A stretch of DNA of 41,270 bases from Anaerolineales bacterium (GCA_027019065.1 JALUXH010000199.1:1-41270), one strand, 5' to 3'; numbered from the stretch's first letter, positions 27,464-37,671 are shown. Numbers and translations are program-made. The notes: generated by a model from the letters alone, not told the origin.

Positions 27464-28230
27464 TCTTCTTTCAATTGCAATTGCTTTGGGCTGACGCCCG
27501 ATTCCAGCAGCAGGAAATCGGACATCAGGCGATTGAACTTGCTGGGTTCGTCCAGCATGGGAAAATGCCCCGATTTTTCAAAGACGATCTGGTGCATGTT
27601 GGCCGGCAGGCGGGCGAGGGTCTCTTCGGCCGGCAGGCCGATAAGGGGGTCGTTGCGGCCGTGCACCAGCAGGCACGGCGCTTCCACCCGCAAAACTTCG
27701 GCCAGCAAATCGGCTGCCCGGATTTCGGCCAGCGAGGTCGTGATGGCGGCCGGGTCGGTTTTCGGGGCTTCCTTGCGGGCGGTTTCCGTTGAAAGGGTAG
27801 GGGTGAGCAGCCAGGAAGCCAGGCGCTCCGGCGGTTCGCTTTGCAGCCGGGGGTGAATGGCTTCCACGGTGCTCGGCATCGCGATCATGGCCATGCGGTC
27901 TACGGCCAGCGGGTATTGCAGCGCAAAGAACAGGCCTACCACCGCGCCCAGGCCGTGGCCGATGAGCGCGACTTTCCCGATGCCCATTTCTTCCAGGAAG
28001 GCCGCCAGCAGGTGAATCTGTGCGGCGAGGGTGTAATGTTCGGGGTGCTTGTCGCTGTCGCCAAAGCCCCACAAATCCAGCGCATAGGCGCGATAGCGCT
28101 GGGAAGCGCCCTGCATCGCCGGCACCCAATAGCGCCACGAACCGACCCACCCGTGCAGGAAGAGCACGGGGCGGCCGCGTCCCAAAACTTCGTAATGCAC
28201 GATATGGTCTTTGATAATAATGGCGCTCAT
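27442..28230 (-). CDS. Alpha/beta-hydrolase-fold protein lacking the catalytic serine
   Basis: LFLHGW, ALDLWGFG, GHGLG in place of GHSxG, G.ND, SGHFPMLD. Confidence 0.88.
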   Translation of the reverse strand: MSAIIIKDHIVHYEVLGRGRPVLFLHGWVGSWRYWVPAMQGASQRYRAYALDLWGFGDSDKHPEHYTLAAQIHLLAAFLEEMGIGKVALIGHGLGAVVGLFFALQYPLAVDRMAMIAMPSTVEAIHPRLQSEPPERLASWLLTPTLSTETARKEAPKTDPAAITTSLAEIRAADLLAEVLRVEAPCLLVHGRNDPLIGLPAEETLARLPANMHQIVFEKSGHFPMLDEPSKFNRLMSDFLLLESGVSPKQLQLKEEWKRRVR

Positions 28231-28260
28231 GGGGCCACCTTCGGACGGATGAGGAAAGGG

Positions 28261-28638
28261 TCAGCCGCGGCCAACCTGTTGCAGCAGTTCGGCCACGCGG
28301 GCCGTCAACTGATCCGGAGAAAACGGCTTCAGGATGTAATCCACCGCTCCGGCGGCAAGGCCTTCCTTGACCTCGCTTTCCTGCCCTTTGGCCGAGAGAA
28401 ACACCACGGGAATGTCTTTCGTGGCCTCATCGGCTTTCAACTGGCGGCAGGCTTCATAACCGGTCAGGCGCGGCATCCGGACGTCCATCAGCACAATATC
28501 GGGCAATTCGCGGCGCACGGCCTCCACGGCTTCGGCGCCGTTGGCCGTGGGCACCACTTCGTGCCCTGCAAATTGCAGCGTGAAGGTAATCAGGTCGCGG
28601 ATGTCGCGTTCATCTTCGGCAATGACAATTTTTGCCAT
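28261..28638 (-). CDS. Single-domain response regulator
   Basis: IAEDE, DIVLMDVRMP, FLSAK, YILKPF. Confidence 0.95.
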   Translation of the reverse strand: MAKIVIAEDERDIRDLITFTLQFAGHEVVPTANGAEAVEAVRRELPDIVLMDVRMPRLTGYEACRQLKADEATKDIPVVFLSAKGQESEVKEGLAAGAVDYILKPFSPDQLTARVAELLQQVGRG

Positions 28639-28641
28639 GGC

Positions 28642-31600
28642 TCATGCCTCTCCAGCAGAATCTTCAAGTTCGGGGGGTAAAACGGGCAGCGTGAACGAGA
28701 AGGTGCTTCCCTCGCCGGGCACGCCGCTGCTTTCCAGCCAGATGCGCCCGCCGTGCATCTCTACCAACGTCCGCACGATAGACAGCCCCAGGCCGGTTCC
28801 GGCAGAGGCCATCACCAGCGGGTTTTCGCCGCGGTAGAAGCGTTCAAAGACCCGCGGCTGCTCTTCCGGCGGAATGCCGATGCCTGTATCCTGCACATCC
28901 ACCTGCACGGCGTCGCCGGCGCGCCGCGCCCGCACCACCACCCGGCCGCCTTCCGGCGTGTAGCGGTAGGCGTTTTCCACCAGGTTTTCGGCAATTTGCC
29001 GCACGCGTTCACGGTCGCCGTAGACCGGCGGCAGATCGGCGGGGATTTCCGCGCTGAAGGTCATGCTGCGGCCTTCCTCTTTTGCCACCCGCGCCTGCTC
29101 GGCAACGACCTCCTGAAGCAGGGCGGCCAGATCCACCGCTTCCAGCGCCAGCGAAATGCGCCCGGCCTCAATGCGGGAGATATCCAGCAGGTCGCCGACA
29201 AGCAGGTTAAGGCGCTCGGTGTTGCTTTTGACGGTTTCCAGGAATTTCTGCTGCTGGTCGGTGAGCGGCCCGGCCGCGCCCATCAGCAGAATGTCCACAT
29301 AGCCTTTGATGGCGGTCATGGGGGTTCGCAGTTCGTGGGAAACCGTGGCCACGAATTCCGATTTCAGGCGGTCGACTTCCACCTGGTGGGTAATGTCGCG
29401 AAACACCGACACCGTGCCCAGGAAATCTTTGCGGTAGAACACCGGCGCCAGGTGAACGGAAACCACGCGCCCGTCTTCCAGTTCCAGACGCTCTTCGTAG
29501 GCCACTTCCTGATCGCGGTAGCCTTCCGGTTCGGCAGACCAGTGGTGGATGGTTTCCATCCATTGGCGGCCTTCGCGGCCGAAAAGGCCCACGAAGTGTT
29601 CCAGCGGGCGGTTGAGGGCCTGCCCGGCGGGCAGGCCGAGGATGCGCTCGGCGGAAGAGTTGAAAAGGGTGATGACGCCTTTTCGGTCGGTCACGAGGAC
29701 GCCGTCGGCAATGGCTTCCAGAATGGCGCGGGCGCGGCTGGCTTCCACTTCCTGCTGGCGGAGCAGGCCGCCCAGCCGTTCGGCCTGTTCCCGAATCAGG
29801 TTGAAGAGTTCGGCATTGTTGATGGCCACGGCCACCTGGCGGGCGGTCGCAGAGGCCAGGTCAAGGTGGTAGTCGGTGAAGTGATGGGGCTGCGAGTGGA
29901 AGAGCAGCAGGGCGCCGAGCACATCCTGCGCCACTACCAGCGGCACGCCGATGACACTGCGGTGGGAAATCGGCAGCCCGTGGTCTTTTTTGCGCCAGCG
30001 GGGGTCTTTTTGCAGGTCGGGCACCAGCACGGCCTGGTTGTGGGCGATGATCCACCCGGCGAAAGAATCGGTGGCGGAAATATCGGTCGGGCGGCCGCCG
30101 AGGGGCGGCTGTTCGGCATAGCCCCGCCCGGCGCGCAGAAACAGCGTGGGGGCGTCGGGGCGTTTGAGCAGAATGCTGCTTTGCTCGGCGCTCAGGGCGT
30201 CGTTGAGCAGGTCAAGGGTGCGGTTGAGCACCTGGTCAAGGTCAAGGCTGGCCGAAAGTTCGGTGATGATGCGCAGCAAGGTTTGGGCGCGGTGGTGTTC
30301 CTGCTGCAGCCGGCGGGTGCGGTCGGCCACTCGGGCTTCCAGTTCTTCGGTAAAGCGGCGGCTGGCGGCGTAAAGGCGGGCGTTTTGGAGGGCGACGGCG
30401 GCCTGTTTGGCAAGCGTTTGGACGAGTTCAATTTCATCGCCGGTGAGGGACGCTTTTTCGGGCAGGTGGATGAACAGCGTTCCGAAGAGGGTTTGTCCGG
30501 CCGGAAGCGGCACGACGGTGACTTTGGGGGCGCGTGCAGCCAGGAAGGCTTCCAGCGGCTGCAAAAGCGGCTCGGTGTGCACGTCGGCATCGGCCAGCAC
30601 GCCCAGGCTTTCGGCAAGATGGGCAAAAACGGGCGCAAAGGGCAGTGTTTGGGGCAGGGGCTGCTCTTTTGGGGCGGGGGCTGTGGCCAGCAGGGTGGGG
30701 GTTTCGTCTTCCAGCAGCACAAAGGAAACCGCGCGGTTGCCCAGCGCCTCGTGCAGGCGGCGGGTGGTGTATTCGGCAATGTAAGCCGGGTCGAGCGATG
30801 CGGAAAGTTCGGCGGTCACTTCATAAACCAGCGCCAGACGGCGGGTGCGGTGGTCAAGTTCTTCGGCGTGGCGGCGCACTTCTTCGTAAAGGCGGGCGTT
30901 GCCCAGCGCGGCCGCGGCCTGCCCGGCAAAGGTTTCGGCCGTTTCAACCCAATCGCGGGTGAAGAAACCCGGTTCTTGCTTTTCAAGGGCAATCACGCCC
31001 AGCACTTCGTCTTTGAACCGCAGGGGCAGCCCCAGCCAGGAGCGGTTGGGCACGGCTTCCGGCGCCGGAAAGCGGTCGTCGGCGTGGGTGTCTTCCACAA
31101 CCAGCGCCTGACCTGAATCCAGCATTTCCTGGAAGAGGCGGCTGTCTTCCACGGCAATGGTGATGCCGAGCAGTTCTTCGGCGTTGGGGAAGCCGCGGGC
31201 GTCGCGCACCTGCAGCCGGTTGCCTTCCCGCAGCCAAAGGGTGCCGCCGTCGTAGGGCAGCACGGCAGCCAGGTGTTCAAGCAGCGAGGTTTCCACTTCT
31301 TCCAGCGAAAGGCTGCGCGCCACCAGGCCCGACGAGGCGCCGGCGAGGGCGTGCAGTTGCGAGGCGCGCCGCTCGGCCGTGCGCAGCAGGCGGGCGTTTT
31401 CCAGGGTGAGGGCCGTTTGCCCGGCCAGCGACACCACCAGCGACTGGTCTTCGCGGGTGAAGGCCGCCGTGGTGTTGAAGTTATCTAACACAATCACGCC
31501 CAGGGGGCGCTCGCCGGCGCGGATCGGCACCATCATGCTGGAAACCGGGATGCGGTCGGCCGTGGCGCGGCGGTAAGCGGTCAGGGCGTCTGATGCCAGC

Positions 31601-34600
31601 GGGTAAGCGGCGGCGAAGTCCAGTTCGCCAATGCGCCGCGGGCGGCCTTCCAGCATCACCTGCGCGGGCAGGCTGGTTTGCGGGAAGGTGATGGCGAGCA
31701 TGGCGCCGGCATCGGCATAGCCGCCGGCGACCTGGGGCTGAAGTTCGCCGCGCTCGGCATTCCACAGCGCCACGAAGCCGGCGTGGGCGTGCTGCAACGC
31801 GCTGAGGGTGCTTTCCATGAGGGTTTGGAGGATGCGGTTGGGGTCCAGCACGCCCAGCTGGCGGCTGAAGGTCAGCAGCAGGTCCACTTCCTGCAGGCGG
31901 CGGGAAGTGTGCGCCAGCAAATCCAGGTTTTGGAGCACGATGCCCACCTGCCGCCCCACGAGGTCAAAGATCATTTCGTCCTGAGCGGTGAAGGAAGGGG
32001 TCGGCATACTGGAAGTCGCCAGCACGATGTGATCTACGGTGGGCGTCTGGCTGCCCTGCTGCTCCACCAGCACAGGGAAGGCGACAAAGCTCTGCGCCTG
32101 CAGCCGCTGCAAAAGGGGTGAGCGCTGCCATTCGGGGGTGCGGTCTATATCGGAAACGACCAGCACCTGTTTCTGGTGGAAGGCTTCGGCCAGGGGGTTG
32201 CGCTGGCCGAGGAGCATATCCAGTTTGAGGGCGGGGGGCAGTTCTCCGAAGGTTTGCAGCAGGCGGACGCCGCCTTCTTCTGTTGCGCCGGGCACAAAGG
32301 GCGTGGGTTCGGCAATGAGCACGTAGTTGAAGCCGAAGCGCTCCATCAACTGGCGGCCGAGGGTTTGCAGCACGGCCGTGTGGCTGGGCTGCCGGTTGAG
32401 CAGGGCGGTGATTTCCAGGCTAATCCGCAGCCGTTCGGCCTGCCGGGCCAGGGCGTAGCGGTCAAGGGTTTGCTGCAGGTCTTTGTGCAGCCAGCGGGGG
32501 ATGTTGTTTTGCGCCTGGCGGGCGGCCGCTTCGGCTTCGGCCACGCGGTCGGTCAGGCGCTGCCGGTCGGTTTCCCATTCATCGGCCAGGTGCTGCACCT
32601 GCAGCAGCCAGGCCGCGGTGGCGGCAAACAGGCGCAGGATGTCTTGGGCGGGGGCATCGGGGCGGCGGGCGTCGCTGGGGGCATCAAGGTAGAGCAGCCC
32701 CAGCGGCTCGCCCTGGGTGGTACGCAGGGGGGCCAGCAGCAGGTCGCGCGGGTGCCAGGTGCGCGCGTCGGCGTGAGCGGGCATCGGGCGGGAAATTTCA
32801 GGCAGCGCCAGGCTGGCAGGCAGCCGGGGGCGTTCTTCCTGGGGAATGAAATACACACCGTGCTGTTGAAAACGGTCTTCCAGCAGCAGGCTGAGGTCAT
32901 CCCACCGGATGGGCTGCAGGGTTTCCATGCCCACCGAAGCCACCGGCTGCAAATGGCCGTTCTCGTCCAGGCGGGTCAGCAGCACGGCGTCGAAGCCCAG
33001 GGCTTCGCGCACCAGGGTTACAAAGGCCTCCACGGCCTCGCGCGGGGCCTCAAGGGGATGGGCTTTTTGCAAATAGCGTTGCAGCAGGTGCAGGGCGCGC
33101 ACCTGCCGTTGAAGGGCGACGTTTTCCTGAAAGAGGTTTTGGGCGTGCCGGGCGCTGCCCACGGCCAGGGCAATGTGTTGCGCCAGAAGGCGGGCGAATT
33201 GCTGCCGCGCGCCGCTGAAATGGTTGGGGTGGCGGCTGTGCAGATGGATCACGCCGACGAGGGTGTTTTGATAGCGCAGGGGCAAAGCAAGGGATGCCCG
33301 CACGCCTTCATGGGGCTGGGGGTAAGCCGCCACGCGGTAGTCGGCCACCTGCTCCGGGGTGCCGTGTTCCAGGGCGGCGTGGTCCAGGGGGTGAAAATGG
33401 AATTCGCAGGGCCCGCCGGTGTGGTGCAGCACCTTCCAGCCCCCGTTGGCACCGGCAGCCACCAGCATGGTTTGGCCGCAGTCGGCTTCGGTCAGCGCCA
33501 CCATTTGCTCATGTGCATAGGCCAGCAGTTGTTCTAACGACGAAAAAGCCGCCAGTTCCCGGCTGAGGCGGGTGAGGGTGCTCAGTTCCTGCACCTGGGT
33601 GCGCAGGGCTGCGTCGCTGCGGCCGAGCAGGCGCTGGCGCTCCACGCCGATGGCCATTTGGGCGGCGGTGGCGGCGGCCAGCTGCAGGTCGTTGCGGTCA
33701 AAATGGCCGGTTTGCGGGTGGCCGAGCAAAATTTCGCCCATGTTCTCGCCGTGCGCCTGCAGGGGCACCACAATGGCCGAGCGCACATCGCCCAAAGCCC
33801 GCAGCAGGGGGCGGTACGCGGCAATCACCCGCCGGTCGGTGGTCAGGTCGGCGGAAAGGAAAGGCCGCCCGGAACGGGTCACGGTGAGCGGGAAATCGGG
33901 GGCATTGGAAGGGATGGTGCCAATGGCGCGGGCTTTTTCGGGCGAAATGCCAAACAGGGAAGGTTCATGGGGGGCCAGTTGCGTTTGGTGTTCGTCCAGC
34001 AGCAACACGGCGGCGTAGCGGGCATCGACCAGGCGAGCCAGTTCCACCAGCGAGAATTTGAACAGTTCATCCAGGGTGGCAGGCGAAGCGGTCAGGCTGG
34101 CAATGCGGCGGAGGGCTTCCGCGCGGCGGGCGCGCTGGCGGGCTTCCTGGAAGAGCACCGCGTTTTCCAGCAGGGGGGCCACCTGGGCGGCAATCAGCGT
34201 GAGCACTTGCAGGTCGTCGTCGCCAAAGGGGCTGCCATCGGGCTTGTTGGCCGCCTGCAAGAAGCCGAGGAAGCGCTCGCCCGTGGTCAGAGGATAGAGC
34301 ACACTGGCATGAACGCCCGCCGTGCGGTTGAGTTCATCCAGGCCGAGGGTTTGCCAGCGGGCATCGGCGGCGGCTTCTTCTGTGGTCAGGGGTTCACCGG
34401 CCAGCAGCAGGGCTTCGGCTTCGCTGCCTGCCGGAATGCGCGTCTGGTAGGCGGCCACAAAACCCTCGGGAAGGCCGACAAACGGCCATTGCGCCGCCAG
34501 GGTGCGGTGGACTTCGTCGTAAAGCAGGAAGCCCAGCATTTCGGCCGGAAGGAGGGGACGGATGTTTTCCAGAATGCGTCCGACCAGTTCCTCAACCTGC

Positions 34601-35643
34601 CGCGCGCCGCCCACCGAGCGGGCAATTCCGGCCAGGCTGCGGAGTTCTTCCAGACGGCGGCGGGTTTCGCTGAACAGGCGGGCGTTGTGCAGCGCCAGCG
34701 CCACTTCCCGCCCGATGAGCGCCAGAAATTCCAGATCCGAGCGGCTGTACGCGGCGGGCGAGAACAAGGCCACTTCCAGCGTGCCCACCATTTCTTCGCC
34801 CACTTTGAGGGGCACGCCCATATAGGCGCGCAGCGGGTGGCGGCGGCGGTCCACCGCCGGCGGCACGGGGGTGTACCGGTCAATATCGTCCAGCAAAAGC
34901 GGCTGCTGCCGGCCGACCAGATAGCCGGTCAGGCCTTCATCGGGGGCGTAACGGGCAGGGGCAGGGACGGCTTCCACCCCCCGGCCGGTCGCCATGTAGC
35001 GGTGAGGCACCAGCCCCTGGTGGCGTTCATCCCAAAGGGTAATTTCCAACACATCGGAAGGCAGCAGGCGGTCCACGGCCTCGGCCACGGCCCGAATGGC
35101 TTCTTCCAGGTCAAGGCGGCTGCCGATTTGCTCGCCCAGTTCCAGCAAAACTTTCAGGGCTTCGGAAGGCGGTGCGCCTTGCGCCGTCTGTTCGCCGGCG
35201 GCTGCCATCAGGCGCGCCGGCCGCAGCGTGACGACCAGCGCCACGCCTTCGGGGGAAGGCACGGCAAACGAGGCGCCTTCCAGGGCGCGGGTGCTCAGGG
35301 TGAGCCGTGCGCGGCCCGGGGCCGCGGAAAGGCGGATGAATTCGTCGGAAGGGCGGATGCGCTGGGCAAGGAACTCCAGGGAAGGCTGGTCTTCGGGCAA
35401 AAGGCCAAACCATTCGCGGGCGCGGGCGTTGAGATAACCCACCCGACCGCCGGCCAGCACAACCACTACGGCGTCTTCGTCGTTTTGGAGGTGGGCAAAG
35501 GTGGCATCTGCAGGTAATGCAAGGGGCATGGCGCCGCGCGTCACGGCTTCCCCCAGCTGCGTCATGGTACGGGCAACGAGCCACAGGCCCGCGCCGATAA
35601 GGGTCAGCGTAATGCCTAACGCAACGGCTTCGGTTCCAAACAT
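28642..35643 (-). CDS. Giant sensor histidine kinase: N-terminal TM, PAS-like, about 10 GAF, PAS, HisKA, HATPase
   Basis: Ten GAF-like blocks with ..VPL...G.L/I... motifs, most ending in NARL-type helices; SHELRTPMT H-box; ENLVENA, DTGIGI, FERF, GTGLGL boxes. Confidence 0.93.
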   Translation of the reverse strand: MFGTEAVALGITLTLIGAGLWLVARTMTQLGEAVTRGAMPLALPADATFAHLQNDEDAVVVVLAGGRVGYLNARAREWFGLLPEDQPSLEFLAQRIRPSDEFIRLSAAPGRARLTLSTRALEGASFAVPSPEGVALVVTLRPARLMAAAGEQTAQGAPPSEALKVLLELGEQIGSRLDLEEAIRAVAEAVDRLLPSDVLEITLWDERHQGLVPHRYMATGRGVEAVPAPARYAPDEGLTGYLVGRQQPLLLDDIDRYTPVPPAVDRRRHPLRAYMGVPLKVGEEMVGTLEVALFSPAAYSRSDLEFLALIGREVALALHNARLFSETRRRLEELRSLAGIARSVGGARQVEELVGRILENIRPLLPAEMLGFLLYDEVHRTLAAQWPFVGLPEGFVAAYQTRIPAGSEAEALLLAGEPLTTEEAAADARWQTLGLDELNRTAGVHASVLYPLTTGERFLGFLQAANKPDGSPFGDDDLQVLTLIAAQVAPLLENAVLFQEARQRARRAEALRRIASLTASPATLDELFKFSLVELARLVDARYAAVLLLDEHQTQLAPHEPSLFGISPEKARAIGTIPSNAPDFPLTVTRSGRPFLSADLTTDRRVIAAYRPLLRALGDVRSAIVVPLQAHGENMGEILLGHPQTGHFDRNDLQLAAATAAQMAIGVERQRLLGRSDAALRTQVQELSTLTRLSRELAAFSSLEQLLAYAHEQMVALTEADCGQTMLVAAGANGGWKVLHHTGGPCEFHFHPLDHAALEHGTPEQVADYRVAAYPQPHEGVRASLALPLRYQNTLVGVIHLHSRHPNHFSGARQQFARLLAQHIALAVGSARHAQNLFQENVALQRQVRALHLLQRYLQKAHPLEAPREAVEAFVTLVREALGFDAVLLTRLDENGHLQPVASVGMETLQPIRWDDLSLLLEDRFQQHGVYFIPQEERPRLPASLALPEISRPMPAHADARTWHPRDLLLAPLRTTQGEPLGLLYLDAPSDARRPDAPAQDILRLFAATAAWLLQVQHLADEWETDRQRLTDRVAEAEAAARQAQNNIPRWLHKDLQQTLDRYALARQAERLRISLEITALLNRQPSHTAVLQTLGRQLMERFGFNYVLIAEPTPFVPGATEEGGVRLLQTFGELPPALKLDMLLGQRNPLAEAFHQKQVLVVSDIDRTPEWQRSPLLQRLQAQSFVAFPVLVEQQGSQTPTVDHIVLATSSMPTPSFTAQDEMIFDLVGRQVGIVLQNLDLLAHTSRRLQEVDLLLTFSRQLGVLDPNRILQTLMESTLSALQHAHAGFVALWNAERGELQPQVAGGYADAGAMLAITFPQTSLPAQVMLEGRPRRIGELDFAAAYPLASDALTAYRRATADRIPVSSMMVPIRAGERPLGVIVLDNFNTTAAFTREDQSLVVSLAGQTALTLENARLLRTAERRASQLHALAGASSGLVARSLSLEEVETSLLEHLAAVLPYDGGTLWLREGNRLQVRDARGFPNAEELLGITIAVEDSRLFQEMLDSGQALVVEDTHADDRFPAPEAVPNRSWLGLPLRFKDEVLGVIALEKQEPGFFTRDWVETAETFAGQAAAALGNARLYEEVRRHAEELDHRTRRLALVYEVTAELSASLDPAYIAEYTTRRLHEALGNRAVSFVLLEDETPTLLATAPAPKEQPLPQTLPFAPVFAHLAESLGVLADADVHTEPLLQPLEAFLAARAPKVTVVPLPAGQTLFGTLFIHLPEKASLTGDEIELVQTLAKQAAVALQNARLYAASRRFTEELEARVADRTRRLQQEHHRAQTLLRIITELSASLDLDQVLNRTLDLLNDALSAEQSSILLKRPDAPTLFLRAGRGYAEQPPLGGRPTDISATDSFAGWIIAHNQAVLVPDLQKDPRWRKKDHGLPISHRSVIGVPLVVAQDVLGALLLFHSQPHHFTDYHLDLASATARQVAVAINNAELFNLIREQAERLGGLLRQQEVEASRARAILEAIADGVLVTDRKGVITLFNSSAERILGLPAGQALNRPLEHFVGLFGREGRQWMETIHHWSAEPEGYRDQEVAYEERLELEDGRVVSVHLAPVFYRKDFLGTVSVFRDITHQVEVDRLKSEFVATVSHELRTPMTAIKGYVDILLMGAAGPLTDQQQKFLETVKSNTERLNLLVGDLLDISRIEAGRISLALEAVDLAALLQEVVAEQARVAKEEGRSMTFSAEIPADLPPVYGDRERVRQIAENLVENAYRYTPEGGRVVVRARRAGDAVQVDVQDTGIGIPPEEQPRVFERFYRGENPLVMASAGTGLGLSIVRTLVEMHGGRIWLESSGVPGEGSTFSFTLPVLPPELEDSAGEA

Positions 35644-35670
35644 TGCCTTCCCCTTGTGAGGGGTGAAAGG

Positions 35671-36567
35671 TCAGTTTTCGGTGGGCGTGTCTTTGCGGCG
35701 GGCTTCCGCAGCCAGTTCGGTGATTTCCCGAATGTCGGCGAACTGGTACTGAGAAGGTGAAACGATGCCCATGGAAAGGGTCATCAGGGGCACCTGGCGG
35801 GGGGCGCCGTCTTCTTCCACGGTGATGTAGCCCTGTTCACGGTCCATGAAGTTGTAATGGCTTTTGACTTCATCGGCAAAGCGCTCTTTCAGGCGGGCGC
35901 GGATGGCCGGCGCGGCTTCTTCGGTGGTGATGACCACAAAGTTTTCGTCGCCCGGGTGGCCGATAAAGTCTTCCGGCGTGCCGAGTTCGTCAACCACTTC
36001 ATTGAGCAGCATGGCGGTGAAGCGGAGGACGTCGTTGGCCGCCACGAAGCCGTACACTTCCCGGAAGGCGTCGTAGTAGTTGATACGGATATCCATCAGC
36101 GCCCAGCCGTCGGTGCGGATGATGCGGCGCAGTTGCTCTTCAATCAGCCGCCCGGCAGGAAGGCCGGAGCGCGGGTCGGTGAGGCTTTCCCGTTCGGCGC
36201 GGCGGATGGCGTTTTGCACCCGCAGGCGCAGTTCTTCAATGTCAAAGGGCTTGGTGATGTAGTCGTCCGCGCCGAGTTCCAGCCCCTGCAGGCGGTCGCT
36301 GCGCTCGTCTTTCTGGGTGAGGAAGATGACCGGGATATGGCTGGTGCGGATGCTGGTGCGGAGGCGGCGGCACACTTCGTAGCCGTCAATATCCGGCAGC
36401 ATGATATCCAGCACAATCAAGTGCGGCATACTCTGGCGCGTTTTCTCCAGGGCGTCAGAGCCGCGGGGGGCGAGTTCCACCTCGTAGCCCTGGCTGGAGA
36501 AGTAGATCTGGAGCATGTTGGCGATGTCCAAATCGTCTTCCACCACTAAAATGCGAGCCTTGCTCAT
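35671..36567 (-). CDS. Response regulator with degenerate GGDEF domain
   Basis: Intact REC (VVEDD, LDIMLP, FLT, KPF); DPRSGLP linker; signature reads GHPGDENF. Confidence 0.88.
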   Translation of the reverse strand: MSKARILVVEDDLDIANMLQIYFSSQGYEVELAPRGSDALEKTRQSMPHLIVLDIMLPDIDGYEVCRRLRTSIRTSHIPVIFLTQKDERSDRLQGLELGADDYITKPFDIEELRLRVQNAIRRAERESLTDPRSGLPAGRLIEEQLRRIIRTDGWALMDIRINYYDAFREVYGFVAANDVLRFTAMLLNEVVDELGTPEDFIGHPGDENFVVITTEEAAPAIRARLKERFADEVKSHYNFMDREQGYITVEEDGAPRQVPLMTLSMGIVSPSQYQFADIREITELAAEARRKDTPTEN

Positions 36568-36570
36568 AGC

Positions 36571-37671
36571 CTACCTCCCTGCTCGCGACGCCCGCCGTTT
36601 CTGGGCTGCGGCGCGCACCCGAGCGATGTGTTCGGCGGTGACCGGTTTTTCGAACGACCGGAAACCGCTCAGGCGAAAACCGTGCTTGCCTGCAATGCGG
36701 GTAATTTCTTCCACCTGGGCAAGGGAAATCTCTTTGCCGACGGTGTAGTCTTCAAAACGTCCTTCCAGGGCCAGGGCCATCGTTTCGGCCATGCAGGCAT
36801 ACGCCTTGCCGGGCGGGAAACCGAAATCAAAGTGGAAATCGACCGGCCCGGGCACCTCCACCATGCCGCCGTCAATGACCAGGACGTCGTCGCGCGCGGC
36901 AGCCACCTGGGCGGAAACGTCGCGCGGCCGGGCGACGTCGCAAACCACGCTGCCGGGCTGCAGGTGTTCGGGGGCAATCACGGCATCCAAGGCGCTGGTC
37001 ACGGTCAGGATTAACTGGGCGTGGCGCAGGTCGCGCATCTCGGTGCTGACGCGCAAGCGCGCCCGGCCGCCGTCGGCGGCAATGCGTTCCCGCACGGCTT
37101 CCAGGGGGGCACGGTGCCGTCCCATTAAGTATACCTCACCCGCGCGGCGGGCAATCAGGGTCGCGGCAACCCGTCCAATGGCGCCGGAAGCCCCCACCAC
37201 GGCTGCGGTGGCTTCCGCCGGGGGGATGGCCATCAGGCGGGCGGCTTCCCAAACGGCGTCCACGGCAATGGCTACGGTGTAGGAATCGCCGGTGGTGACG
37301 GGCACGTCCAGCGCCCGCGCCACCGTGGCCCCGGCATCGCCCACCACCGAGGTGAATGCCCCCAACCCTAAAATTTTGGCGCCCAGCCGCTCGGCCAGGC
37401 GTCCGGTCTGGATGATTTTCCGGTACACCATCCGCTCGGGCAGTTCCAGCATCCGCCGCGGGGTGTAGGGGCAGGCAATGAACCAGCCTTTGATTTCTTT
37501 GCCGGTGGCCTGAGAAACGATGCCTGTAATTTCGGAAATGTAAACCGGCGGGAAGAAAGTGGAAAAAAAGTCAATTTGCCGCTCGGTGAGGATGCGCCCC
37601 AAAAGTGGGAACTTGCGGCTGACATCGCGTTTGGGGTCAATGGGGTGAATGATAAAAGCAAAAGTATCCAT
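36571..37671 (-). CDS. Long-chain acyl-ACP reductase-like NAD(P)-dependent oxidoreductase (COG5322-type)
   Basis: FAFIIHP, LGAFTSVV, VTTGDSYT, VVGASGAIG, DVARPRDV, IDGG, YACMAETM parallel the cyanobacterial AAR motifs. Confidence 0.7.
   Translation of the reverse strand: MDTFAFIIHPIDPKRDVSRKFPLLGRILTERQIDFFSTFFPPVYISEITGIVSQATGKEIKGWFIACPYTPRRMLELPERMVYRKIIQTGRLAERLGAKILGLGAFTSVVGDAGATVARALDVPVTTGDSYTVAIAVDAVWEAARLMAIPPAEATAAVVGASGAIGRVAATLIARRAGEVYLMGRHRAPLEAVRERIAADGGRARLRVSTEMRDLRHAQLILTVTSALDAVIAPEHLQPGSVVCDVARPRDVSAQVAAARDDVLVIDGGMVEVPGPVDFHFDFGFPPGKAYACMAETMALALEGRFEDYTVGKEISLAQVEEITRIAGKHGFRLSGFRSFEKPVTAEHIARVRAAAQKRRASRAGR

Noticed and set aside
28753-35517. Long plus-strand ORFs (e.g. 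787, 453, 619 aa) opposite the kinase, and similar antisense ORFs over ftsH, the SBP and BMP
   Set aside because: Shadow ORFs expected from high-GC codon bias; no motifs or RBS.
36571-37671. Shikimate dehydrogenase call for the reductase
   Set aside because: Lacks AroE substrate-binding motifs (HSxSP, NVTxPxK, NTD); only the Rossmann fold is shared.
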